In this document: piece by piece, positions 38,566 to 51,060 of the stretch | Numbering within the stretch: the first letter of the stretch is position 1 | How the letters are laid out: every line of letters starts with the position of its first letter | Assembly (NCBI GenBank): GCA_026026165.1 | Contig: JAPEUD010000029.1 | Coordinates: 186,001-242,952, forward strand | From: Sarea resinae | Taxonomy: Eukaryota | Direction of reading: 5' to 3' | DNA: 56,952 bases | Made by a program: the position numbers and the translations under genes | The notes under the pieces: model-generated | Database searches by the model: none | What the model saw: the letters and a program-made list of their open reading frames with translations, nothing else | What the model was told of the DNA's origin: nothing

Positions 38566-41362
38566 TTAAGAAGCAGGCGTTGGAGGAAACTCGCCAGGGA
38601 TGTGTAGATGCGAGGCAGCGACCGGCCGAGTATGACTACCCGTAGTTGGCGGTGGATTGACAGAAGTACTGTTGTCAACGGCCTTAGCTATTGGTTGCTG
38701 AGCGTAGGAAGCAACAGGAGGAATAGCCGTATCGTAGAGCTTCTGATCGTCGGTATCATCGATGGTATTACCAATGGTCGTCGGGACGGTGCTGGCACTC
38801 TCTGTCTGGCTAGGCTCGCTGGCAGGAGGGCCTCTAGCACTAGCGGAGCTGTCGACCCTCGAGAATTCCGCTGCCGCTGGGACAGGTGCGCTCAATCGGG
38901 TATCTGGTTGTGGGTCATTGTGCTGAGACTGAGAATGGTAGGCTTGTGCTCCGGTGGCGCCCGCGGCAATGCCCCCTGCAGCAGCGGCAGTTGGCGCCAT
39001 CCAGTCACCGTAATTGGTAGTAGGTCTTTCTGGTTCGGACTGATGGCCGGTACCGTAAGCTTGTGTCTGTGGTTGTTGGGGAGAATTGAACGAATCTGGC
39101 GCCTCTCCTGGAAGGAAATGGGTTTGCTGTTGTGAATATTGATTGCCATGAAAGCCTCGGCCTGCTACCGCTTGAGCCTCTCCACCGGCACTCTTATGCA
39201 TGATAGGCTGGCTAGACTGCTCAAACGGAACACCGGAGCCAGAAAGCACGCCGGCGGGGGCTATGACGTTACGATCATCCTCGGAACTTGCACTAGATGC
39301 CGAAAGTGGTGCCTGTAAGCCTCGGTTGACCTGGAGATCACTGGGGAAGCGCCCACCTGGTTGAGGGCGCTGCACAGTGTCTTGTTTGACCGCCTGATTC
39401 ACCGATGAGGCGTTGGCGGAGTACGGGACTCTGTCTGCTTCATCCTCATCCATTGCGCCCTCGCTGCTGATTGAAAGTGCCTTGTGGCTTCCCCCGCTAA
39501 CACTGCGGTGATGCCGTACAACAAATGCGTTCCTCTCTTCGCCGGACTTCTCGGTGAGGTTCTTGATATCCTCGTACCAGGCAAGCATAGTGTCATGAGA
39601 CTCGGCTCGGAATACCCAGGAGTGTCCCCGGTGCATTGAGCCGGTTTGGCGACCCTTCAGCATGAATTTGTGGGATGACGAATCGGGCTGCGAGTGAGAT
39701 CCCAGCTTCTGCTCAGGCAGATATAAGGACATGACCGGCGGCTGAGCGGAGATTCGATCCGCGGACTTGAATTCGTGAAGGTGGGTTGGCGATAAAACGT
39801 ACCTAAATCACGATCAGCGTCAGAAGGTTAAGATAAGACAGGCAAATGGAAACTCACCATCCCGGAGTATAGCTCTTCAGGTATTTGCTCTTACGTTCAA
39901 GCATACCAGCTCGGACCTCGCAGGCGGCCGGATGATTCTTCCCCGGATACGTGATATCCTCTGCTCTTCGAAGAGGAAGTCTAGGATCGACAAAGTGTTG
40001 ATCGTTCTCGACGAAAGTGGCCCATTCTCGATCTTTAGGCATAGAAACTGGCCCATCGCGGAGCTTCTCCGCCGTCTCGTAAGCCTCATCTGCTTCGCGC
40101 TTGAGGATCCCGGCATAGGCATTGTAGGCCTTCTGAATTTCCCCCACCACGATCGATTCAAGTTCGCGGCCGGAACCTTCTAAGTTGAGAAATGCCTGAG
40201 AAAGACGCGATTAGCAATTGGAGCACGGTCGAATGGAAACCCATAGATGGCTTACTCTATGGAGATAGTTCTCCTCATCAATCTGCTTCTCGATCTGCCG
40301 ATCGACGCCCAACTTTACAACAAATGGATCTCCCTTGCCCGAGGCTGCACCGGGGTCTGTATCTATGACACCCAAAGCTTCTTGTAGTGTGTTGACCGCC
40401 TTGCGAGTACCCTCCATTTCCTTCTCGACGGAGTTTTTGAAATCTCCTGACAATCCTTTGATCTCCTTGATCTTCTGATTAAGATCGCTCCTCAATCCCG
40501 ACAATTGAACGATGATATCATTTTCAATTTCTTTGGCTTTTGTCCTCTCAGCGAGTGCCTTCTTGTGGAAATCGCGTAAGATATGCGTTGCATCGTTGAT
40601 ACCACCTTCAGTGAGAAAGGTTGGGGGGGTATTGGTATTGTTGATGACGTTGGATACTTTGAGCAAGTCCTTTGCTCGATGCTCATGCGAAGTCTGGAGT
40701 TCTCGAAAGTAGGTAATGAGGTCCTTTAGAACCTTGCGCCACGCTACAGAGAGTCAATATCGGATGCGCGACGTGGCGATAGCAAAGCAGACGAGTGCTG
40801 CACAATGCGCAAGCCATGCTTTTGATTGTGACTAACCTTGGAATCTGGCCGCCAGAATGTCCGTCGGATTACCACTCGTTGGAACGGGGGTGGCAAAGGC
40901 ACTGTTCAATTCGTCGTCTCCAGCTCCACCATAGTGCTCTTTTTCTCCAAGCGCCAGACTTCTTACGCTGCCAGCTCGGCTACTCTTCCTGCTGCCGATG
41001 CGCTTGAGACTCCCCTTTCTACTGACCGATGCACTCTTCTTCAAGGTCCCACTCCGCGAGGGGATAGTGATGGGGTCGGCGTTTTGCATGTTGGTGTTGC
41101 CACGGTGATAATCGCCTGTGGTACCGTCCAGTATGGACGAGCCTCGTTGGCTTGCGTCAAACTCTTCGTTGAAGCGACCGTTCTGGGCCTGCGCAAAGGG
41201 CGATAGATGATTATTGGCTGGAGCACTTGCGAACTCGGTCGCCTCGGGATTACCAGGAACTAGATGCGATGGATCGTTGTAGCTGGTCGCGCCGTAGCCT
41301 TTGTTCGGCGTCGGGCCTGATCCATATGGATCGTGCGATGGGGTCGGCGCTCGAATAGACAT
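38566..41362 (-). CDS. Slm1/Slm2-like BAR-PH domain protein (exons 41362-40837, 40743-40256, 40195-39858, 39802-38566)
   Basis: PTSGNPTDILAARFQAWRKVLK opens a BAR-like helical region. The PH domain reads VRAGMLERKSKYLKSYTPGWYVLSPTHLHEFKS...SWVFRAESHDTMLAWYEDIK. The C-terminus contains HIPGEFP. Confidence 0.87.
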
Positions 41363-42641
41363 GAAAGTCGGTTGCAAGGGAAGGAAGCGCGCGAAGCGAC
41401 TCCCGTGGCTGCAGCGAGATGCTTTGTCGCCGAACGGCGTCGAAATATACACAGCTCAAGCACTTCAATGCAAAGTGAATGGTGACTCCAAAGGCAAAAG
41501 CCGACGAGATATTATGACTTATGGCCTAGAGAGGCAGGTTAGGCAGGCAGGAACAATGATGATGGACTAGGTAGTCTCCGGGGGTCGGGTCTTCGAAAGA
41601 GGAATACGTACGTACGTACGTATGTAATATGAAGGAGTGATGCCGGTAACGGGTTGCAGAGGTGCGGGATAGAGATCAAGTAGTAAAGCAGAAGAGAGGG
41701 AGCGATTGGGGGCGAGGAGGGTGGGGAGGGAGCTGGGTGTGAATGGCCTGGGGTTGATGATGACGATGACGTTTGATGTTGCGGTTTGCGTGGTGTATCT
41801 CCGCGCGAACCAGCCAGCCCACGAGCCAGCAAGAGAGGAATCACAACAACAATGCAGCGAGCAGCCAGCAGCACAGACAACAATGATGGTCTAATCCCAT
41901 GTAAAGGTCAAGTAGGAGGGAGGTCAGGGCCGGTAAGGTATGAGGGAAAGAGCAAGCTTGGAAGGTACGAAGGACTACTGTAGTACTCTACTGCGGGAAG
42001 GTATGAAGTAGCCCAGGGCAGGGCAAGTGCCAACCTATGAAGGTAAGGACTACTCCAGGGCTACTGAAGTAGTAGGTCGGTTACCTCGACGGGAATCCCA
42101 ATCCAGACGGTGAAGGGGAGGACTACGATCTATCCAGCACTACCTACGTACTGGAGATGACCACCCGTGGACTGCAGCAATGAAGCTGGAGCTCACCGCC
42201 CCTTTGCATCACATCCTTACTCCGTACTGTGGAGGAGAACCCCATCATGGCAACCACTTGAGGGGGGGCGCGACAACAAGCGCAAATGCAAAGGGCCGAC
42301 CAACTCGGCCGATCGTTGCCGTGGGGGGCAAAGCATCATCTCGCTTGGGCCCGGAGAGTCAGCCCAGTACGTCACTCCAGCCAAAGAACGTCGATACCTT
42401 AAGGTAGGTGCTATGTAAATGATTGGATGACGCATGCCATCCCTCTCCGCCACGGGCCACGTACCGGCTTGATTGCGCACAGCCCAGAGGTGACTCTCCT
42501 GCACGCCGCTACATCTACGCAATACGACTACGGAGTACATCGTCCCCAACAGACAACACAAGAGATTGGACACGGGACCACCCGTGGTGATCCCAGATAT
42601 TTCGATCATCTATGGAGTGCGCTCACATCTCAGATGATATC

Positions 42642-45101
42642 TCAGATGGCATTGACCAAGCGTCTTTCTTTACGCAAGGCATTCAACTTCGTCAGAGCTT
42701 CCTCGAGCGTGACCATCTCTCCCTTGGCCTGTGTCGCGGGATCATCGCGATTTCGGATGTTGACCGAACGCGACGTCTTCTCTTGTTCGCCGACCACTAG
42801 GGAATCATCAGTGAGCCGAATCGCTGCTTCTTGAGAGGACGTGCAATCTTACCGAAGATGAAATTGTATTGCTTCATTTGGCCCATGAGGATCTTCTTCT
42901 TCATCGTATTACCGCTGATGTCAATGTCCGCGAGCATCTTCTTCGCCCGAAAGATCTTCTGCACCTCTTCGACGTAGTCATTGACCGTCGGCATCACCGG
43001 GATGATGAGCACTTGTCGCGGGCTGAGCCAGAATGGCCATTTCCCGGCAAAGTGTTCGGTGAGGATGGCGAAGAAGCGCTCGAAGCTGCCATAGATAGCT
43101 CGGTGGATCATTACCGGTCGTGCACAGCCAGGGCTAGGGCCCTTCACGCCTCCTTTATCTTGCGGCTCCGGCTTGGCCTCCGTATCGCCATCAACCTTGG
43201 CCTTGTTTGACCCTTCAGCCGTCATGTATTCGAGCTCAAATTTCTGCGGTAGTTGGAAGTCCAGCTGAATGGTGGCGCACTGGAAGTCTCTTCTTAGAGC
43301 ATCCGAGATGGTTATATCAATCTTTGGCCCGTAGAATGCGCCGTCGCCAGGGTTGAGCTCCCATTTGGTGCCACTGGCAGCTGTAAATGAATCGAGAGCG
43401 TCTGTGAGCTTCTGCTCTGCCACATTCCAAGTTGCAATATCGCCAAGATACTTTTCCGGGCGTGTAGACAGCTTGAGCTTGAAGGCGAATCCGAAAAGTC
43501 CGTAGATGAATTGTAGGAAATCAAAGAGGCCTTCAATCTCTTGGGTAATCTATTACGGAATCAGCCACGATATCCTACGGCCTCAAGATTAAAGACCACA
43601 TACCTGATCTTGGGTACAGAAAATGTGCGTGTCATCTTGCACAAATCTCCGTACTCTAGTCAATCCACTCAGGGCTCCAGAAGCCTCGTTCCGATGAAGA
43701 ATACCAAAGTCTGCAACCCTCCATGGGAGTTCTCTGTAGCTTCGCTCCCGGTGTCCGAACAAGATGCAATGTCCTGGGCAGTTCATCGGCTTCAAAGCAA
43801 ACTCTTCCTTCTCGACATCGAAAGTGAACATGTTCTCTTTGTAGTGCTGGAAATGACCTGAAGTTTTCCAGAGCTTTGTGTTAAACATATTCGGGGTCAT
43901 GACCTCCTGATAACCGCGCTTCCAGTACTGTTGTCGAAGGAGCTTCTGCAAAGCATTGTAGATGATGGTACCGTTGGGCTGGAAGAAGCATGATCCAGGA
44001 GAGACGTCGTCGAAGAACATGAGCTCCTGGTCGGCGCCAATTTTTCGATGATCACGCTTGGCCGCCTCCTCGACAAATTTCTTGTATTCCGCCAAGAGCT
44101 TCTTGTCGGGGAACGAGATTCCATAGATACGTTGAAGCGAGTCGTTCGCGGCATCACCCAAGAAATAGGAAGAGGAGTTCTACATCTTGTGCGTTAGTCA
44201 ACATAATTTTACAAGCACGACAGCCTTACTAACCTTTGTGACCTCTAAAAATTTGACCGCACCAGTGTGTGGAACATGAGGACCCAAGCAAAGATCAATC
44301 AGCGGGCCGCATCGATACACTGTGCTACTCTCTCCATCTGGAATCTTTTCGGATATAAAATGGACTTTGTACTTGTTGTATCGGAACATTTCCAGTAGGT
44401 GCTCCTTTGACATGACTAGACGCTCGAAGCGCTGTTTTTCCTTGATGACGGCAGCTGCGCGCTTTTGAAGATTTTCATAATCAGTCTTTTGCACAACACC
44501 AGCACTACGACAATGTTAGTTCAAGCGCACACAATTTGAAAGGGTTTGAGCAGACATACCCATTGGCAATGCTCATGTCATAGTAGAACCCATCTTCCGT
44601 CGGTGGACCGTTGCAGAGATAGCAGCCATATTTGTTCTCGGCCGCTTCACCCAGGATATGTGCGCTGGAATGCCAGAAGACCCGTTGACCCTCGGGATCA
44701 TGGAAATTAAGATATCTCAGTATGCAGCTCTTCTCGAGAGGCCGTCCAAGATCCCATAGTTGTTCTTCGTCCACCTTGGAAATGATGACTCCCTCTGAAA
44801 CGTCCTTGGGAACTTGCTTGAGCAATGAAGCCGGGGTTGTTTCCCAGGAATTACCATTCAGAACGAGTTGTTCTTTGTTATCGCTGTGGGAAATGGTAAT
44901 CGTGATCGGTTCACGCGGCTTTTTGGAGATCTCTTCGTCGAATTCTGCTTTGAGACGATCGTACAATTGCAGGCGGTAATTGATGAACTCGGTGTCGGGC
45001 GCTTCAATCGGAGGCTCTGGGGCAGAAGCCTTAGCTTTGCCGCTTTTCTCTTTTGGCCGTATGGGCAGGTCCTTAGACTTGCCCTCAGGTACTGAAGCCA
45101 T
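42642..45101 (-). CDS. THS1: Cytosolic threonyl-tRNA synthetase, multi-exon
   Basis: TGS and editing domains ([19 protein letters not shown]), catalytic motifs ([50 protein letters not shown]) and an anticodon-binding domain (WPFWLSPRQ) are all present. The stop is TGA at 42644-42642. Confidence 0.97.
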
Positions 45102-45219
45102 GATGGTCAATTGGGCGTTCCTGAGAGGTGATATAGCTTCTGATCATGAGAGAACAAGAGAGGGAAACTGCAAGCTTTATGCACAGTCAATTCCCATCAC
45201 CCGGGCTGGCGAAGACGTG

Positions 45220-45267
45220 TGAGTCGTAATTGAGTCAGATGTCAGATGGAGGGGTGATGAGTGACTC
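45220..45267. promoter_or_regulatory. Cluster of Gcn4/CpcA (AP-1-type) elements in the ThrRS/GAR1 bidirectional promoter
   Basis: TGAGTC at 45220-45225, a perfect TGAGTCA at 45231-45237 and TGACTC at 45262-45267, lying 120-165 bp upstream of the ThrRS ATG. Confidence 0.65.
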
Positions 45268-45434
45268 CCTCGTCAAAGGCCAGGGACTGCCCAACTGCCC
45301 GCACTAAATTTCGATACGGAGCGACAAACGAAAGTTGAGGCTCTGCGCTACCACGAAAATTAAGCGAAGCGATCAATCTCTATCTAGAGACTGTTCACAA
45401 CGCTCTCCATCTTCAAACCAGACACTGCTTCATC

Positions 45435-46341
45435 ATGTCATTCCGTGGAACTCCTCGAGGTGGCCGCGGCGGCGGTTTTGGTGGCGGCTTCAGTAGCGGG
45501 AGAGGTGGTATGTCAAATATATGAGATCCTACACCAGCGCAGCAAAGAAACTAATTGCATACGCACAGGACGTGGTGGCTTTCAGCAGTCATACGGCCCA
45601 CCTTCCGCAGTCTTTGGTGCGCATACGTTCTTCCGAGCAATTCGAATCTTTGACTGACCAGCGCATAGAGATGGGCTCTTTTCTCCACGCCTGCGAAGGA
45701 GAAATCATCTGCGAATCCATCAACCCCAAAATCCCCTACTTCAATGCACCGATCTACTTGGAGAACAAGGTGGCTAGACCGCAATCTTCGCCAAGGCGAT
45801 GACTAACTATCTTCAGACTGCAATTGGCAAAGTGGATGAGATTCTCGGCCCTATAAATCAGGTGTATTTCACAATCAAACCGCAAGATGGTATTGTGGCT
45901 ACCTCCTTCAAATCAGGCGACAAGTTTTACATCGGAGGAGACAAGCTACTACCCCTAGAGAAGTAAGTCGTGCCAGAGCAGGCCGATATCATTGGTATTG
46001 ACGAAGGTTACAGGTTCTTGCCCAAGCCCAAGCCTCCACCAGGTAAGTGAAGTACTCGGGTGTCTAAACCCACATTTCATGCTCTGACGCTTTATCCAGG
46101 AGCTCCCAAACCAAAGCGCGCTGGAGGAGCATCGAGAGGCGGCCCCATGCGAGGCGGTCGCGGCGGTCCACGTGGTGGACGAGGTGCCCCGAGAGGCAGA
46201 GGAGGTTTCGGTGACCGAGGCGGCCGAGGTGGAGGACGCGGCTCCTTCGGTGGCCGAGGCGGCGGATTCAGCCCTGGGCGCGGAGGTGGTCGTGGGTCAT
46301 TCGGAGGCCGCGGAGGAGGGTTCGGTCGTGGAAGGGGTTAA
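45435..46341 (+). CDS. GAR1: H/ACA snoRNP subunit Gar1, multi-exon
   Basis: RGG-rich N- and C-termini flank the core [46 protein letters not shown]...[14 protein letters not shown]. Confidence 0.96.
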
Positions 46342-47218
46342 GTGGGCTTTCACTGGTGACGGTGGTTGCAATCGCGGCGTTTGGGTTTCGTTGCGCTACT
46401 ATGCTCGTGTGCAATACTATCTCTGGGCGCAGAGAAAAAGAGAAAAAGCTCTCGGGAAGGAGTGTACTAGTGATTGTGTTCAAACTGGATCGAAATGTGC
46501 AATCTGATATCACCAGGAAAGTGTGAAATGGAAGATCAGGGCACTTCAGGTTGCCATTCGAGGCTTTGCAGACGGACAGTACTCAGCACTGTACTTCAGT
46601 GAAGTACGCACGGCGGTATCTCTTGGCTGCCCTGGAATGTCCTCTCGCGTATCGACCTTAGGGCCAAGCAGGTAAGGAGCGACGTACTGTGGGTACGAAG
46701 TCCTGCACGAGAGGTACGAGTCTCAGGCCACCTCTGCCGCCTTCCCTCAAGTACCTGATGTACACCGCCTGATCTGCGACTGGGGGTTTTCGTGCACATG
46801 ACGTTTCCCGTTTCTCTTCCTCCACAGTCTCGCTTGGAGACAGCGCACGCCAGTACAAAGTACTCTGTACTTTGCACGTACTTTGCACGTACTCCAGAGT
46901 ACATGCCGGCCGGCTCGTAGTGAGGGGGCGCGGGGCGAGGGGCGAGGGGATACGAAGTTCCTCCGGTACTCCAATAGTCCATATCTGGTACCGGCGTGGA
47001 CCGAAACCTGGAAATCGACAAGCACAAGCACAAGCACAAACAAGCGCGGACCAGCAACATTCAGGTCCAGCCAAGGGCCCAGAAACGCTCAGCCACAACC
47101 CATATCTTCGCCTTCTTCACCACATTCACCTCTTCCCCATTTCTCTTTTCCTCTATCCTTCTCTGCTCTCCTCCACCCCATTTCCTTCAAGCTCTCACTC
47201 GGTCGCTGAAAGTGCAAC

Positions 47219-48198
47219 ATGTCACGTCGGAATGGTGCCGTTAATGGTGCCGAGAAAGATTCTTTGGATCCAGCCTCGGATGGCGGTACGTCAGGGTCTA
47301 TGACATCTGTGTTTATCTGCGACTATCGTTCATCACTCACATGTCGAGGATCACAGGGCAGGAAAAGCAGAAGATGCTGCTAGCCTCAGACACGGGACAC
47401 TTCTCCATGATAAAGTATGCACACAGTCAACACAGTCCATGGCCTGCAGACTGCTACTAATTGCCCTCCAACATAGAGCGCTTCACCTCGCCGATCTAAT
47501 CACCGAACTCAATGGTGAGTCTCAACTTCCTCCAAAAACAGCCAAACAAGCTAACGGTTTTCTATCCAAGGCTTCTGTGGCATCATGTCCATCTTCTCGT
47601 GTCTACGCTACTGTCTTGGTTCGCCAGAGCACCACGGCAACCTCTGGGCAGCTCTAGCCTTCATGCCACTGGGTCTAACCTTCGACTTCATGGACGGCAA
47701 AGTTGCGCGCTGGCGCAAGAAGTCCTCACTGATGGGTCAGGAGCTCGACTCTCTCGCTGATCTGGTAAGTATTCTCAAACAATAATTCTTGTCCTTCCGT
47801 TGCCATATCGACTTACCCACTCTCGTTAGATCTCCTTTGGAGTGGCCCCCGCCGTCACAGCATTCGCCATCGGCCTCCGTTCGCCCCTCGACCATATCCT
47901 CCTGACCTGTTTCGTCCTCTGTGGCCTCTCACGTCTGGCCCGGTTCAACGTCACCGTCGCGGCGCTCCCCAAGGACGCAACAGGAAAATCAAAATACTTC
48001 GAAGGCACGCCCATCCCAACGACGCTGTTCATCGCGGCCATAATGGCATTTTGGGTGCATAGGGGCTGGATCTTGGAAGACTTGCCGCTTGGGGTAATCG
48101 GGAAAGGGACGTGGTTTGAGATTCACGGCGCAGTTGGGCTGTTTGTTACGAGTGGGTGCTTGCAAGTTAGTAAGTCGATACACATACCAAAGCCGTAG
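47219..48198 (+). CDS. CHO1: CDP-diacylglycerol--serine O-phosphatidyltransferase (phosphatidylserine synthase), multi-exon
   Basis: The CDP-alcohol phosphotransferase motif reads [31 protein letters not shown]. Also present are [34 protein letters not shown] and a C-terminal SKSIHIPKP. Confidence 0.95.
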
Positions 48199-50081
48199 GA
48201 GGGCTTAGCCATTATGGGATCGGCCACGAGAACAGGGGTCTCTGGAGTTGGGAGACCGGTATAAACACGGCGCGCGGAAGGGAACTTTGCGGGAGCGAAA
48301 AGAAAAAGGGCATGAAAGTGATAAGTCGGCATGATTGTTGGTATACTGCGCATCGCTGTCGGCTCAGCATAGCCGGGGCAAAAGCTCTGTTCCTTCAGCC
48401 ATGTCTTGTCTTTTCTTCATGGTCACTCTCCTAACGTCTTCCACCCTCTCTTTCCCATGTCCTCTTTTCCTTTCCTTTTCATCGATAACGCGCGCCAGCT
48501 AGCAAGCATAGCTTACGATACGAATGTTACGACCCGTGTTTCTGTCCTTCATCTTCGCTCTAGCTATCACAATCTTAAGAAAAGAAGATTCCAACCAAGT
48601 ATGTATGCTCACTTTGATGGTGGGAATCTCTGGTACGCAGCGACGTGAGCAACGATACGTCCAGCACGCACAATGATATATCCACATGCGTTATTGACAA
48701 GACATTCTTACACCAGCGGCACTTCTATAGCACACGAGTTTACTCACCCATAAAGCCACGCAGAAGAGCTCACATGCACCTCACCTCCGCATCAACGACA
48801 GGTCATGCGCCTACCACGCCCATCCCACGAGTGCGCTGGCCACCTCATATATATACTACTTAATCGATAGCTAGGCCGAACCTACGGTATGGCAGTCTAG
48901 AGGGCATGACAGTGGTGCATCCCGGCATCTCGCATAGCCTCACCTAAGGTAAGTAGGTACTCAACTAGTAGTTGTTGATATGGCATGCGTAGAGATTTAC
49001 GCTGTGCAAGGCAGCTATCCATCTGCGCTTGTCTTGTCTCTCTTATGTTGCTCCTTGTGTCCTCATCCGCTCCTCACACGGCTTTTGTAAAAGTACTTTG
49101 CACCCCCGCGACCGAGATTCGCAGCTATGTTTCTTGCCCAGTACTACGACTCTCTACCATCCCCTTCTCGTTCTCGCAGTCCTTTTCCTACTCCTATCCT
49201 CGATCGAATCCAAGGCTGCTATAGGAACCAAGACAAAACCGGGACTCACGGGCCTCATAGCATTTACAACTCAGCAGCAAAATACATCCATGCTAGGGAA
49301 GAACAGAGAAGAACGGTTGTATTTGTATTTGTATCTGTGATGACGGCGTACGAGAGTTTTGGGTGATGACGATGATGATGAATGGCGAGACGTGATAGTG
49401 TCCTCCTGACCGAAGTCTTCAGAAAAGACAGCAGACAGCCAGTAATAGCGAGACCAATGGATGTATGCAAGACAGGGGCTGAAAGGCCACAGACAAGGTG
49501 GGGAAATGAGACTTTAGGTGGGATATGCGGGCAGCACATGGCAGGACATGTTCGCCCTAGACAGACAGACGCTCGCTCGGCCACATATTAGAGAGACAAA
49601 AGAGAATGCGCACATCAAAAGAAACGCTTGGAAAAAGAGCCCATTGCTGGCTGGATATGCGTTTAGGCTGGCTGTTTGATAGGGTCTTGACTGGCTGGCT
49701 GGCTTGTACGAGGCAATGAAAGAGAAGAGGATTTGATTGGAGAAGGGAAAATAGTGAATGTAGCGGACTGACACAAAAAGCTGGCTGCTAAGGGGGCCCG
49801 GCGAAGGGAAAATGAAGATGGGAGGCCAAGAAGCCAAAGTCCGTCCAGTCCATACTTGGGTTAGTAAGGAGGGATGTAGACTTCGTGTTCTCGTCACACG
49901 TAAAACAACGCACGCCGGCACAGACACCCAGGAGACCCGCATGATACAAGAGGAAATAGTTCCGAGGCAAACGAGGAAAAAAAGTAGACTTCCGTCCATG
50001 CTCCAGAAGAATCGTCAGTGAAGTCGAATGTGGAAGAGGCTGAAGGGTAAGATGATGAGAGTCGTTGTCATGAAGGTTAGA

Positions 50082-51060
50082 TCAGCTTCCATCAGGATTC
50101 GTGACCTATTTTCAGTCAGTATGGTCTCGTGGCATTTCCTTGACGTGCCCACCTTGAGGATTCTCCGAGAGTAATCCTGATTGTCTGCTATGCTGCCGTC
50201 ACTCTGCCTTCGTTGCATCATAACAGATGGTTCAAGACGAGAGTCGGAGACGGAAGAAGCACTGCCCGGCTTGGCTCCGCCGAAACCCGTCAAGGCTGCA
50301 TTCCGGCGATACTCCTCCTCGATGGCTCGTCGTCTCCGCATCCGCAAGTATACCAAAGCTCCGCCTATTATAGCACTAAGGGCGACCACACCGACAACGA
50401 CGCCTGCGGCGATGCCGGCCTTGTTGGTTCCAGAGCCATGTTTTTTGGTGGTTTCTGTTGGTGCTGCCGCGGTTGATTGTCCGGATGCAGTGACAACCTT
50501 TGTAGGCCCTCCGATGGTAACGACTGATGGCCCTTCGGTTTTGAGAGTGGGAGATGTCGCAACAGTGGAGCTAGCTTTTGTTGTGGCCGCCGCAGAACTC
50601 GATGATGGCGACGCAACCGGCACACTGCCTCCAATACCTGCCAATGCAACTGTCCACAGCATATCTCCACCACCTATCAAGAATGATTAGCCATTTACGC
50701 CCGTACCTGGGCTCCGGGGAGCAACATACACGTATCTTGTTGGTACCCTTGGCATGGCGAGTTGCACTGGTTGTCGGCAACCTTGTCTGATGTGGGCGGC
50801 AACTCATCACCACACCAGCAATTACTTCCCCCAGTAGTTGCCATGACTGGCTTATTCAAGGCCACGCAGACCTTCTGACAGTAGCCTGAGGTTTGGAAGG
50901 TGTACGCTCCTTGATCTTCTAACGGATAACCGGTAGAGTAGCATCCTTTCGTCACAATGGCACCGTATGCCTGGGTTGGAGAAGGCGTCTGGCCAAGCAC
51001 GGGAAGAACAGCAAAGAAGAACGAAGAGACCGCCGCGGCGGCATATGGTATTGATTTCAT
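50082..51060 (-). CDS. Wsc1/WscA-like cell-wall stress sensor (exons 51060-50730, 50673-50153, 50105-50082)
   Basis: It has a signal peptide, a Cys-rich WSC domain (KGCY...CQKVC...NCWCGD...CNSPCQGYQQDTCGG), an S/T-rich stalk, a single TM helix (AGIAAGVVVGVVALSAIIGGALVYL) and a cytosolic tail ending DNQDYSRRILKVTNPDGS. Confidence 0.92.

Noticed and set aside
23145..46341. NOP56, CCT6, ThrRS and GAR1 as a functional gene cluster
   Set aside because: They are interspersed with unrelated housekeeping genes, and I see no clearly shared promoter motif. Ordinary core-genome synteny explains the arrangement.
46790..46895. CACATG and tandem CTTTGCACGTA upstream of CHO1 as a UAS-INO element
   Set aside because: Neither matches the CATGTGAAAT consensus, so the evidence is too weak to call.
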